In this document: piece after piece, positions 43,144-55,570 of the stretch
How positions within the stretch are numbered: position 1 is the stretch's first letter
Layout of the letters: each line of letters opens with the position of its first letter
Notes under the pieces: generated by a model
The model's database searches: none
What the model saw: only the letters and a program-made list of their open reading frames with translations
What the model was told of the DNA's origin: nothing
Origin: the human T2T-CHM13v2.0 reference genome, Homo sapiens
Direction: 5' to 3' (one strand)
Assembly: GCF_009914755.1 (NCBI RefSeq)
Contig: NC_060926.1
DNA: 64,000 nt
Translations under genes and position numbers: made by a program

Positions 43144-43325
43144 CTGGCAGGATCTCGTTCCAGTTGACACGGATATAGCGGTCCCGGTCGGCCCGCGTGT
43201 GCTCGTGCCAGAAGCCCAGCACATGCATGAGCTCATGAAGGACAATGCCCCGGCCCTTCTGGAGACACGTGGGCGCCAGGGAGACCACCTGCATCCCTCC
43301 ACTGCGCCCCACACTCGAGAAGCAC
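43144..43325 (-). CDS. ASTL: Ovastacin exon 6 with zinc-binding [21 protein letters not shown]
   Basis: HExxHxxGxxHE astacin signature, AG/GT boundaries, 182 nt. Confidence 0.98.
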
Positions 43326-44028
43326 CTGCAGGGTGATGAGAGCAAGTGGGGTAAGTGCCAGCCCAGATCCCTCCGGACATACAGACCTGGGCTCTCCCTC
43401 CCCACACAACACAAGATAGACAAACTCCCAACAGGCAGGCCCCACTCTGGGCTCTAGTCTCAGGTTCACCATTCTCCAGGCCCCTTTACTGCCTGGACTT
43501 CTGTGAAATGGCCATACCGGACCCCCATCACCAGCCTGGGCTGCAGGGAGGCTGCAGAAACTGATATATGAACACAGAGGACAGAAGCAGCTTACTAAGT
43601 GAGCACACCCTCCTGGTCAGCCCTAAGCCAAGGCTTTCACACAAATTGCCTCAGGCCCCTGACAAGCTAGGAAGCAGGTATCGCCACCACTCGCACCCCA
43701 GAGGGGACAGAAGAGGCTCAGAAGTTAGGGGACTTGCCAGGACTCAGTGACTCACGCACTGTCTGCCCCGCAAAACCTCCTCTCCTCACCACCTCATGGA
43801 GTCCCCCGGGAGAGGAGGGCTTTGTAAATGGAGGGTCTAGCACCGTTCCCATCCCTTTCCCACATTCCGCCCTGGAGGTCCAGCTCACACTTGGCAGACC
43901 CCTCAGGGTGGGCAGGGAGACTGAGCCCTGGAGGATGGGCCCAGGAATACATTTTAGACAATGGCCAAGTTAATTCCGGGCTGAACGCAGAAGCGAGCTG
44001 AGATACGCATCCTGGCCCCGGCACTTAC

Positions 44029-44146
44029 CCATACATGGGGATGATGGAAATGAAGTCTCTCTGGTCCTGATAGGTGACAAACCTGATGCACGTGGAACGT
44101 TCAAACTCCGCAAGAGCCTCCAGGATGACCTGGCGGCTGGGCTCAT
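44029..44146 (-). CDS. ASTL: Ovastacin exon 5 ([24 protein letters not shown]...IIPMYG)
   Basis: TCIRF astacin motif, AG/GT boundaries, 118 nt. Confidence 0.96.
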
Positions 44147-44568
44147 CTGGAAGACACCACCTGGCTGAGCCCCCAGAGCCCTGGTGGTCTTTGAGCTCTA
44201 CCTGAGGGTCTGGGAGCAGAGCTCTGAACTCACTCTCCCAAAATAGCATCAAGAAAGGGCAGCTTAGTGGTGCCAGGAAGAAGCTGGGCCCCAGACAGAC
44301 CCTGGCTGTGTGGCCTTGGGTAGGTCACTGTCCTCTGCACCGCATGGTCTCAAGGGGAACCAGATCCCCACTCGACATACCTTCCCATCAGATTTTAACC
44401 CTCCCTACTCAGGAGACCTTCAGCAACAGAAGGGCATCTGTGGACAGGTTCTTCGGGTGGGGAGGTGGAAGGGATGTGATGGTGTAAGAGGAAAAGGGAA
44501 GAGAGGAACACCTGCCGCATTAGGAAGAAGGGGCTGAGGCAGGGAGGGAGCGCGCCATGCTCACTCAC

Positions 44569-44662
44569 CGTACTTGCTGGAGAGCAGGAAGGGGACCTCC
44601 ACGACACCACTACCACCCATGGGCCATTTGTTGCTGGTTGCTGACAGCAGTCGGAAGGGACT
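44569..44662 (-). CDS. ASTL: Ovastacin exon 4 ([31 protein letters not shown])
   Basis: Start of the astacin domain (KWP...VPF), AG/GT boundaries, 94 nt. Confidence 0.95.
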
Positions 44663-45954
44663 CTGAGGAGAGAGCAGCAGTTCAACCCCTGGGGACAGAG
44701 GCCACCCAAGCTTTGTGCCCCAAGGGTACCACACCCCAGGGCACCAGAACCCCAAAGATGTGGGAGTCAGGACCTGTGTGCATGGGAATGGGGGACCATT
44801 AGAGATGGGACAGAGCTGTGGAAGGCAAGGGGCCAGCTACATGAACCTTGATGCACAAGACAGTCCCTTGGCCTATGATGAAAGAATTTCAATCTCAAGC
44901 AAACAAGAGATTAGTCCCTGAGGATGTTGGCTAGGAGGCCCAGCACCCCAGGGTGCCCTGAATCAGAAGGGCTTGGGCCAGCAGCCCCACTCCAGCATGT
45001 TGACAGTGCCCCTTCCAGAGGGGAACAGCCACCAGGCTTCCCTGAACATGGGACGATCATGGGAACAGAGCCATATGGAGTGAAAGTGAGGCAGCACCCT
45101 GGCCTCGGCTGCTTACTTCTGCTCTCCAGCAACCAGAGCCCTTCGGTGCCCAGGCTCCACAGCACCCCAGCGTGCCTGTGCCATCGGCTGGAGGCATTTG
45201 ATTCTGCTCCGGGTGGTCGCACACCACCTGCCCGAGCACTCACTGCATAACCCAGAGGGTCTGCCCTGCCCCCGGAGTTCCTGGGCAGCCTTGGGCCAGC
45301 CTCTGGCTCTCCTGCCCAGCCAGAGGCTGTGCCGTCAGTGGCAGCCTCCAACAGGACAGTCTTGCCTTCCCCTGGGTCACTGTCCTATTCAGGAGCCTTC
45401 TGCCATTCGCAGTTGCCTGAAACACATGGCTGCCATCCTGGGCACAGTGTTCCCTTTTCTGTTAGCAAGGCGCCCCAATCCCCAGCAACCTTCTCCCTTC
45501 AGATGCGGCCCCTCGACCACAGCCAAGATGGTCAGGCTCAACATCACTCCTTGTTCCACCATCCCTAGGTCGCCACTGCCACCAGGCCCTTTATCTGCCA
45601 CTGGCCACTCTGCCAACCCTTGCTCATCTCTTCCTTTATCTGAGCACCTCCCGAGTGCTGAGCACCTCCCCTGGGCAGGGTACCAAGCTGGGTCAAGTGT
45701 TCAAACCTCCTCCTTCAGGAAGCCCTCTCAGGCTGACTGTGCCAGCACTTCAGATACCAGCCTTCCTTAGCATTCAGGCTGGCTTATTCCTATTTCCTAA
45801 CAGAACAGTCGCTCTGACCTTGACAAAAAGAGGCATCTACCAAGCTATGTATGTCCCTCACACATCAGGCCCCATGGCATCCAGGGTGGGCTCAGAGGAC
45901 CTGTCGCCAACTGTGGGCTTATCCGCACCCACACACGTCAGTGTGTGCACTCAC

Positions 45955-46016
45955 CGGCCGGATGATGTCCCCCTCGATGAGGAAGCTGCTCTCTGGGGTT
46001 TCTTCCAGGATGAGCC
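45955..46016 (-). CDS. ASTL: Ovastacin exon 3 ([20 protein letters not shown])
   Basis: Astacin propeptide EGDI motif, AG/GT boundaries, 62 nt. Confidence 0.95.
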
Positions 46017-47454
46017 CTGGGAAAGGAAGAAGGACGTGTTGGCCCATGTCCCCCAGAACACTGACTCGTGGGACAGGCCAAGCAAATCCCTACTTACTTA
46101 AGTCTATTCTTGTGTCTTTCCTAGTGGATTGTTACTTTTATAAGTTCTTAAATAGCCTGATAAAAGTATAGGTCATCGGCTCTCCGAGCCTGGGTGTTTA
46201 GTTAAGTCATTAGTTGATGTTTGAGAATGTCAGCCACCCTGTGCGGACTGTCTGCAGGTGTGAGGGGGCTGGAGGACAAAGACAAAGGAGACTGAGGCTT
46301 GGGGTCTGTCCCTCTCCTGACTGTGGAGCTAGAGGTTCCCTGAGCACTGAGCCTGCGTGGCCTCAGGGAAGTCACACAGTCCCTGAGTGTGCAAGGCTTC
46401 TCGGCTGGACTGCAGCCTTCCCCTGCTCAAACACAGCCCATGACCCACGCAATCCAGTCCCAAGCCCGGGTCCCTGCTGTCAGGAAGCAGTGGCTTCTTC
46501 CAGCCTGAGCCACACTCCTCAGAACAGGCCCTGGGGTCTCCTGCCCACCTCATCCCCCATCTATTCCCCACCCATCTGTTATATTCAGGCCCCTTGAGGT
46601 GGCAATTTTGTTCCACAAATTTGTTCCACCATCAGAGGCAGGCAAATACCGGCTCTCGCAAGCCCCTCTCCCCTCTTAGTCCCTCTGCTTCTCATCTCTC
46701 CCTGAGCCGGGTCTCCCACAAGTGACTCACAGGGGGAGTGAGGGAAGCAGGAGAGAAGGCAGGGAAGAACCCAGGCACAGCCTCAGCCAGATCCCATGGG
46801 CGCTCCAGACCACAAATGACACCGCTGACTTGTACCACCTTTAGGCAGGAGCCAGACTCCTGTCCCTTAGAAGTCACAGTAGGCCACCTTGGGCAGACAA
46901 GGGAGTAGCCCCCGGGCATCTCTGGCTGAGGCAGCTCCTTCTGGCCAAGGGCCAGTTTTGGGAGGCAGACAGCTGTGCAGCATTAGCCATATTCACAGTG
47001 GCTGGAGATGGGCAGGTGCTTCCCAGGAAAGCACTGGGTAAGGCACGGGCAGCCCTTATGAGACAGCCTCACCGTAGGTGATAGGATAGTTGTTGGGGTC
47101 ACCAGCATTTGGGAGTTTTCTCCATTGGTTCTGGTTACCTGCAGACCACTCACGGTGATCCAGGGGTGGGATGGTGCCTGGGGCTCAAGGCTCAGCTGGC
47201 GCTGGGCTCCCAAGTCAGCTCACAGAGGAAGAAGGGGGCAGATCACACAGTGGCTACCACATCTGGTAGGATCTCACCCACCCTTAGGGCAAGGTTGTCC
47301 CCTGTTCAGCCCGATTGCTTCAACCCTGAGTGCTTCAGCCCTCATTGCTCCAACATCTGAACTCCAGTCTCCATTTCAACTGGCTTTGTTCAGGCTATTT
47401 ATACACCCTCATTCCTCAGCTGACATCCCCAGACAGCAAGGCCCTGAGCCTGAC

Positions 47455-47745
<291 letters not shown>

Positions 47746-47943
47746 TGAGCTTCAGACTTCTTAATCACACCTGCAGACAGTCCTGCACAGGGTGGCTGAC
47801 AATCTCAGACTGCGACTAACCGCTTAGCTCCACGCCCAGGCCCTTTAAGAGCTTGGTTTTTCTTATAAAAGTAACAATCCACTAAGAAAGATACAAAAAG
47901 AAAGAGTAGACTTAAGCAATTGCCCATAGAATTTCCACCCATT

Positions 47944-48051
47944 CACACCTGTAGTCCCAGCTGCTCGGGAGGCAGAGGCAGGAAGATCACTTAAGGCCAG
48001 GAGTTCAAGACCAGCCGGGGCAATATAGCAACACCACTCCATCTCTTAAAA
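47944..48051 (+). mobile_element. Alu monomer (FLAM-like)
   Basis: Single-arm Alu-like sequence. Confidence 0.75.
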
Positions 48052-48178
48052 ACCACTTAGAGCCCAGAGTAAGCTGGTCCATTTCCTCCCAGGCTCTGCA
48101 TTTCTGAGTGTTCGGTGTGGTTTTCACACTACATAACGTCGTGCCCCTCCAGGCCGTGAGAAGATGTAGTGCCCTCAC

Positions 48179-48304
48179 CTTGGTTAATTGCAGGAATGTC
48201 CTTGTCCCCGGAGGCCTGGGTTCCCTCAGGGGTGAGGCCATCTGGGAAGCTGGTACCACAGGCTCCTGCGCAGCTGGAGGCCAGGGGCGCTCCTAGGATC
48301 ACAC
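48179..48304 (-). CDS. ASTL: Ovastacin exon 2 ([14 protein letters not shown]...DKDIPAINQ)
   Basis: CAG acceptor, GTGAG donor, 126 nt, frame continuous. Confidence 0.95.
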
Positions 48305-48985
48305 CTGGTCCAGACAGACAGGGGCATACACAGATGCCTGGAGCACCCACCGGTGAGACCAGACAGCAGGACATGGGGTGGGTGTGGGGGATCAGACGGT
48401 AAGACTCAGTCCCTAGGAAGAGTAGGCTCCAGCACAAAGCCAAGGAGCCTTCCCAGCCTCCCTGCTCAACCCCAACTGGTGCCAAGGTCTAGATGACCTC
48501 AGGGAAGGAGCTCCCTTAGGGGGACCAAAAGGGACCATGTGCCCCACCTATGAGGTAGAGGAGGGGCAGGAAGGAAGGAGGCAGGACAGACCTCGGGTTC
48601 TGACGCCCGTGACGGGCAGGGCCAGCCTCAGACCCCACCTTATGACTCTCTCTCAGCCCAGGCTCTTGGACAATGGGCTCAGCCTGGATGACTCCCTGCC
48701 TGACCAGGCTGGAGTGGGGACTTACAGCCTACCCCCACCCCAAGACAAGTAGGCCTGGGGCACAACACTTATCTTCTGCCAGGCAGGCCCTCTGCTTCCA
48801 GGGCCTTCAGGAGGCCTCCCCTTGGCCCCCCAGGAGCTGACTTCTAGAATAACCCTGGAGAGCTCTGTGCTCTGAGCTACTGAGCTCAGCTACAATCCCT
48901 GCAGGCTCCAGCCACAACCTTCTAGCCTCTCCCCAGCTTTCTCCAGGCTGGAGCCAGCAGCAGGAGGGACAGGCAGCCAGCTTAC

Positions 48986-49040
48986 CTGGCAAGGAGAGCA
49001 GACCCAGCACCCAAGGCCAGAGACCCCCTACACCCTCCAT
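48986..49040 (-). CDS. ASTL: Ovastacin coding exon 1 (signal peptide MEGVGGLWPWVLGLLSLP)
   Basis: ACCATGG start at 49040, GTAAG donor at 48985, 55 nt. Confidence 0.95.
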
Positions 49041-49099
49041 GGTAGAGCCCTGCTGCCCCTTCAGCAAACAAGACCAAGCCCCAGCAAGACACAGTAACC

Positions 49100-49143
49100 T
49101 AATTGCAGAACCGGCACCACCACCCCCTCTTAAATAGCAGCTG
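49100..49143 (-). promoter_or_regulatory. ASTL core promoter: TATA-like TATTTAA, CAGCTG E-box, TAATTG homeobox site
   Basis: TATTTAA on the minus strand at 49136-49130, about 90 nt upstream of the ATG. CAGCTG at 49138-49143 and TAATTG at 49100-49105. Confidence 0.6.
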
Positions 49144-49174
49144 CTCCACCTCCCACCTTGCTCCCCTCAACCGC

Positions 49175-49352
49175 CTCCACCTGCAGCCCCGCCCCAACCA
49201 CCTCCACCTGCAGCCCCGCCCCAACCATCTCCACCTGCAGCCCCGCCCCAACCACCTCCACCTGCAGCCCCGCCCCAACCAGCTCCACCTGCAGCCCCGC
49301 CCCAACCAGCTCTACCGGCAGCGCCACCCAAACCAGGTCTACTGGCAGCCCC
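49175..49352. repeat. 27-bp minisatellite CTCCACCTGCAGCCCCGCCCCAACCA(C/T/G), 5 near-perfect plus about 1.5 degenerate units
   Basis: Units begin at 49175, 49202, 49229, 49256 and 49283, with degenerate copies at 49310 and 49337. Confidence 0.95.
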
Positions 49353-50413
49353 TCCGATGCCTACCTGTGGTTCCCACCCCAGCCCAGTCCCCTTCCTGGC
49401 TGTAGCAGGTGAAAGACAGGAGGGGCCCGCTTGGGAGTGTGGCTCTTCTGAGGTTCCTTCCTGCCTCCAGGGGGCAGAGAAACATCGCAGAAAGTTGCTC
49501 CAGGCCTAGCTGAGGCCCCAGCCCAGGTATAGACCTATTCCTCCAGCGAGGGAGACCCCCTTTCCTACCCCGGCCTGTGCTTAGACATGGGGAAAGCTGC
49601 CTGAGACCCTGGGGCGCCCCCCGTGTATCTCCGGAAGGAGGAAAAGGTCACTGCACTTTCACAAGCTTTTATTTTAGTACACATATAGAAAAGTTCACTA
49701 TCACAAGCACAGGGCTCCAGGAAATTTCACAAACTGAACAGTGTGCAGCACCCTAGAAAGCCTGCCATGTGGGAAAGGTGGAACCCCCAGATGCCCAGAG
49801 CCTCGCAGGGAGTCCACCCCCTAATCCCACAGCAGCTGGCATGATCAGTCAGTATTTATTCCCATTTCACAGATTTGGAAATTTAAACTCCTTACCTATA
49901 TCCCCCCTCCTCCATACCCCTGAGCCCCAGAGCCAGGTCACTCAGGGCCCCACCTGGATTGAAATCCCAGAGGCGGAGCATGTCAGCGCTGGGCAGCATT
50001 TGGGGACACCCCCACAGTCACCTGCACCCAGTGAAGGGAAGCGACAGAGCCAAGAAGAATAGCTATTGTCCACAAGGACCTTTCAGCATTCCCACTGTGC
50101 CTGGAATCCAGAGCTTCTCCAAAGATAGGAATCAGAATCACAGGGAGACCATGATGGAGGCAGACGCCCTGCTGCCAGGGCAGGGTATTGACAGATGTCA
50201 GGATACACACCATGGATATGCTAGTTAGCTTGTTGTGGTCATCATTTCACAAGGTATGCATATGTCAAAACATCACGTTGTATACTTAAACATATACTAC
50301 TTTTATTTGTCGATTATGCCTCAGTAAACCTAGAAAAAATAAGTAAAATAAAGAATAGGACCCATCAAAAAACAAATGCACAAGGCTGACCACTTAAGAT
50401 GAGTGTTCAGGAG

Positions 50414-50970
50414 GGCGCGGTGGCTCACGCCTATAATCCCAGCACTTTGGGAGGCCAAGGCAGGTGGATCACGAGGTCAGGAATTCAAGACCAGACTGGC
50501 CACCATGGTGAAACCCCATCTCTACTAAAAGAATACAAAAATTAGCTGGGCACGGTGGCGGGCACCTGTAATCCCACCTACTCGGGAGGCTGAGGCAGGT
50601 GAATCACTTGAACCCAGAGGTGGAGTTTGCAATGAGCCAAAATCGCGCCACTGCACTCTAGCCCGGGGGACAGAGTGAGACTCCATCTCAAAAAAAAAGA
50701 TGAATGTTCAGTAAAAAAAAATAAAGTAGACCGGGCGCAGTGGCTCATGCCTGTAATCCCAGCATTTTGGGAGGCCAAGGCAGGCAGATTACTTGAGGTC
50801 AGGAGTTCGAGACCAGCCTAGCCAACACGGTGAAACCCCATCTCTACTAAAAATACAAAAATTAGCCAGAAATCCCTTGAACTCAGGAGGCAGAGGTTGC
50901 AGTGAGCCAAGATTGTGCCACTGCACTCCAGCCTGGGCAACAGAGTGAGACTCTGTCTCAAAAAACAAAA
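50414..50970 (+). mobile_element. Two tandem AluS elements (50414-50698 with TSD AAGATGA.TGTTCAG; 50729-50970 with internal deletion)
   Basis: Alu consensus, A tails. Confidence 0.92.
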
Positions 50971-51029
50971 GAATTAAAATAATGATAAGAAATAATCACC
51001 CTGCTTGGGGAGAGAAACAGAGTCTTTAT

Positions 51030-51350
51030 TAGGACATGCAGTTGGTCTGAGGATATTTTGCTGAGCGAAACAAGCCAGTCACAAAAAGACAAATCCTGCA
51101 TGCTTCTACCTCCAAGAGGTGTCTAGAGTAGCCCAGTGCACAGGGACGGAAAGTGGAACGGAGCTCACAAGGGGCTGGGGACTGGGGAGGGGAGTTATCA
51201 TTTAATAGGTATAGGATTTCAGGTTCGCAAGATGAAAAAGCTCTGGATATCTGTGCACAACGATGTGAATACACTTTACTAAACACTTGATAATGGTAAA
51301 GATGACCAATTTTATGTTGCATTTTTTACCACAATTAAAAGTTTAAAAAT
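51030..51350 (+). mobile_element. L1M 3' end fragment
   Basis: 'aagccagtcacaaaaagacaaat', 'caagatgaaaaagctctgga', 'ttttaccacaatt'. Confidence 0.8.
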
Positions 51351-51933
51351 TTAATAAATAGGAAAGAAGGAAAGGAGGAAAAGAGAGAGAAAGAGAAGGG
51401 CAGTTTGCTAGATGACAAGCTATAAAAAGCACGGGGAAGGAAGGAGAGGGGATTGGGGCTGGGTAGGGTGGGATGGGGTAGGGCCAAGGGTGGGGGGTGG
51501 GCAGAGGCCTCAGCCACCAGTGCAGCTGTGTGTGAGATGAGGCTGTGTGGTGTGAAGTCCCCTATGACTTAGAGCCCCAGATGTCCCCCACCCACCCAAG
51601 CTGGGCATGGGGGTACAAGTGGGTCCCAACAGATGCCTACTCAGCTCCTAAGGAAGGCAGAATAGCAACCCCGGCTCTGCCCAGTTCACACTGGAGTGGC
51701 TCACCCCACCCCTCAGACAGCAGTGGGAACAAGAATCACCCTTCATTCGGCCTCACAGAGTGAGCGCCCACCTGTGCCAGGCTCCAGGCACAAGGCTGAG
51801 TGGACCCCAGGCCCAGCCGTTATGAGTGTCCATCCTGGTCCAGATGCACACCTCGCATGTGCACACCGGCACATCAGATCAACCTCACTCCTAGGGCCGT
51901 AGTTAGCTAACATTTTCGGAGCGCCTACTATGA

Positions 51934-52880
<947 letters not shown>

Positions 52881-53795
52881 AGAGGTAGCACTGTGCAGAG
52901 ACAACCCTTGGCTGGATGACACTCCAAATGGCCGAGTGTCCCAGTGAGCCTGAAGCAGGACTGGCTCCCGCACAACCATTTCCAAAGGCCTCAGCACCCC
53001 TGCTCACAGGCAGATCACAGCACCCCCTCCCGGCAGCGTCGGCAGGTACCCCTTGGCTTCTGGCGTGGGCGGGGCCCTGGTCTCAGGTCTCCACTGAACC
53101 TTAGTCCTATGCTGGGCCCGTAATTGAAGCTCGGCCAAGATGTGCTAGTTGGGTGGGTGTGCAGAGCAATGAATCCCATCCCTGGTGACAGGTCCTCTGC
53201 ACCAGACACAGGGCCACATGCCTTTGGGGGACATGAAGGAGCTCTGGAACAGGGGACGCTGTGAGCCCCAGCCCTGGGATGTGGGAGAAGAGTAGGGAGG
53301 CCATGCAGGCCTGCTGTGAGGAAGTAGAGACCCACACGGCCTGGGAAGTGCCTCTTGTGTGGGCGTGCACACACGCTCCCACAGGAACACCATGCGCAAC
53401 ATGCAGGTGTGCATGGGCCAAGACCACCCACCCCCACAGGACCACACCCTCAGGCACACACTCGCATCCTTCCACATTCCGAAAAGGAAGCGGGGTCTGA
53501 TCGGGGCAGCACTGGGCCTGGCTCTGAGTCACGGACGGGACCCAGCCTCCCAGAAACAACCCTGTTCAGCTCTGGAGCGAGGTCCCTGTCTGGGAAAAGA
53601 CGCCAGCCCAGGGAGAACTGGGGCCAAGAGAGCAGCCTTTGTGGGGAGGGTCAGACCTGCCCCTTCCGGCCGCTGGCCCCTCTGCCCATTCACTTCCCAA
53701 ACCCCAAGGGCACAAGGAAACGTGAGGTCCAAGCAGGCTCCCGGGTATCAGATGAGACCAGATGCTGGGTTGTTGTTTTTTAAATATAACAATAT

Positions 53796-53801
53796 TTTAT
53801 T
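53796..53801 (-). terminator. DUSP2 polyadenylation signal AATAAA with nearby ATTTA motifs
   Basis: TTTATT on the plus strand. ATTTA on the minus strand at 53824-53828 and 53890-53894. Confidence 0.85.
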
Positions 53802-54426
53802 GACATATCCTGAATGTTCTGTATAAATATAAAGTGCTAAGTTTCCAACCCCTGCCCACAGGGCTAGGAGGAAGCGGGGGAGGGAGTGTTAAATGTCAGC
53901 TGAGCACAAATAATTTTCCAGCGCCAGCACAGGTGTGAAAGGCTCACAGACAGACACACGCAACATGACACACCCATCACTTCCCAAGTCCCCAGCTTCC
54001 CCAGGAACACAGGGCTTGGGCTCCAGGCCCTGGGCAGACGAACCCACAGACAGGGCTCCTGGTTGTCACAGCTTGTTCCTTGGAGCTCTCAGGCTGCCAA
54101 GGGCTTCAACATGGTGGTGGACCAGGGAGAGTCCACGGTATAGCGTCTAGCTGATTTCTGCCAGAGGATGGGGAGGGAAAGAGCAGACACACCCTTGGTT
54201 CCCGACCCCGAATGAGGGCCAGCCTCAGTCCCCCAGCAGAAGAGCACCAGGTCGGAAAGACCAGCATGCCGGCATTCCTAGAGCCCCCATGTGGGGGCTT
54301 CTGAAACTCTGAGGAGGTAGCAGCCCTGCCAGAGGTGAGGGGACTGTGCTGGCCCAGAGGGGAGCCCACCAGTCCACAGTCAGCTCCTGCCAGCACAGTG
54401 GGGCAGGCAGGCAGAGGGGCACCACC

Positions 54427-54641
54427 TCAGTGACACAGCACCTGGGTCTCAAACTGCAGCAGCTGCCCCATGAAACTGAAGTTGGGGGAGATGACCCCCC
54501 GGCGCTGCTTAACGAAGTCAAAGGCCTCGTCCAGCCGCACACGGCGACTCTGCATGAGGTATGCCAGACAGATGGTGGCAGAGCGCGAGATACCCGCCTG
54601 GCAGTGCACCAGCACCCGGCCTCCGCTGTTCTTCACCCAGT
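54427..54641 (-). CDS. DUSP2: DUSP2 exon 4 with catalytic motif VHCQAGISRSAT
   Basis: HCxxGxxRS, SPNFSFMGQL, stop at 54427-54429. Total CDS 945 nt = 314 aa + stop. Confidence 0.98.
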
Positions 54642-54757
54642 CTGCAAGGGAGATGGGGGAGTGGTGTCAGACGGAATGTGCACAGCCCAGGAGACAGGTG
54701 CCCCCAGTCCTCTCCTCTGGAGCCCCTCGGGATTTCTGGGCAGAGGTGCCCCCTTAC

Positions 54758-54977
54758 CAATGAAGCCTATGGCCTCCTGGAACCAGGCACTGATCTCCAC
54801 CATCTGGTTGTCCTCCACAGGGATACTCTTGTAGCGGAAAAGGCCCTCAAAGTGGTTGGGGCAGCTGGCGGACACGTTGAGGACGGCTGTGATGCCACAG
54901 GCCTGCAGCCCCTGCAGGTCTGACGAGTGACTGCAGCTGCCCAGGAACAGGTAGGGCAAGATCTCCACAGGGCCACC
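54758..54977 (-). CDS. DUSP2: DUSP2 exon 3 (GGPVEILPYLFLGS...WFQEAIGFI)
   Basis: Start of the DSP catalytic domain, AG/GT boundaries, 220 nt. Confidence 0.97.
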
Positions 54978-55364
54978 CTGGAGGGAACAGAGGGGCGGTG
55001 AGGCCTTTCCAGCCCAGCCCCGGAGAGCTGGAGCAGCAGCGGGTGGAGACCCCATGGGCTGGCCGAGACAAGAGGACTCCTCAGCCAGTCCTCCTGACCT
55101 GAGACAGGTCTCAGGAATGTGCGGAGGACACACCGGGACATACATTTCCCTTCATGCTCCCAACATACACATGCAAACATACACAGACCCATACAGGCAC
55201 GCGCGAGCAGCCATGCCCCACCCCCTCCCCCAACACACACACGTATAAAAGTGTGTGTATATGGGCAAACTGCTCGCATCCCCAAATGGCAGGCTCTTTC
55301 CCTAGAGGCGCCCAGTCCGCGGCGGGGAGAGAGGGAGGTTCGGGGGAGGGGGGTCAATACTCAC

Positions 55365-55486
55365 CTGGTCGTAGACAGGAGCCCTGGAGTCGGAGCGGCT
55401 GGTTTTGTCCCCTGTTGGCGGCAGCGCAGGGGCGGGGGCCTCAGAGCACAGATCGGGACAGCAGCCCTGGAAGCCGTCGAAGCCTC
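55365..55486 (-). CDS. DUSP2: DUSP2 exon 2 (GGFDGFQGCCPDLC...APVYDQ)
   Basis: AG/GT boundaries, 122 nt. Confidence 0.96.
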
Positions 55487-55570
55487 CTGCAAGGAGGGGA
55501 AGAGCACGATCAGCAGGGAAAGCCGGGCTGGAGTCGGGTGGGGCGGGCCAAGGGCGGCCGGCTTGCTCAC

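Noticed and set aside
43326-43327. ASTL exon 6 acceptor (c.456-1), a position I recall being mutated in female infertility
   Set aside because: The AG is intact here; all ASTL splice sites and the frame are normal.
42608-43336. 242-aa plus-strand ORF opposite ASTL exon 6, and similar ORFs opposite DUSP2
   Set aside because: GC-rich antisense shadow ORFs with no recognisable domain.
49175-49352. CRISPR-like array
   Set aside because: Units are contiguous with no unique spacers; human DNA with no cas genes.
49099-49412. Repetitive peptide ORFs (LHLQPRPNH)n, (STCSPAPT)n
   Set aside because: Artefacts of translating the 27-bp promoter repeat; no coding evidence.
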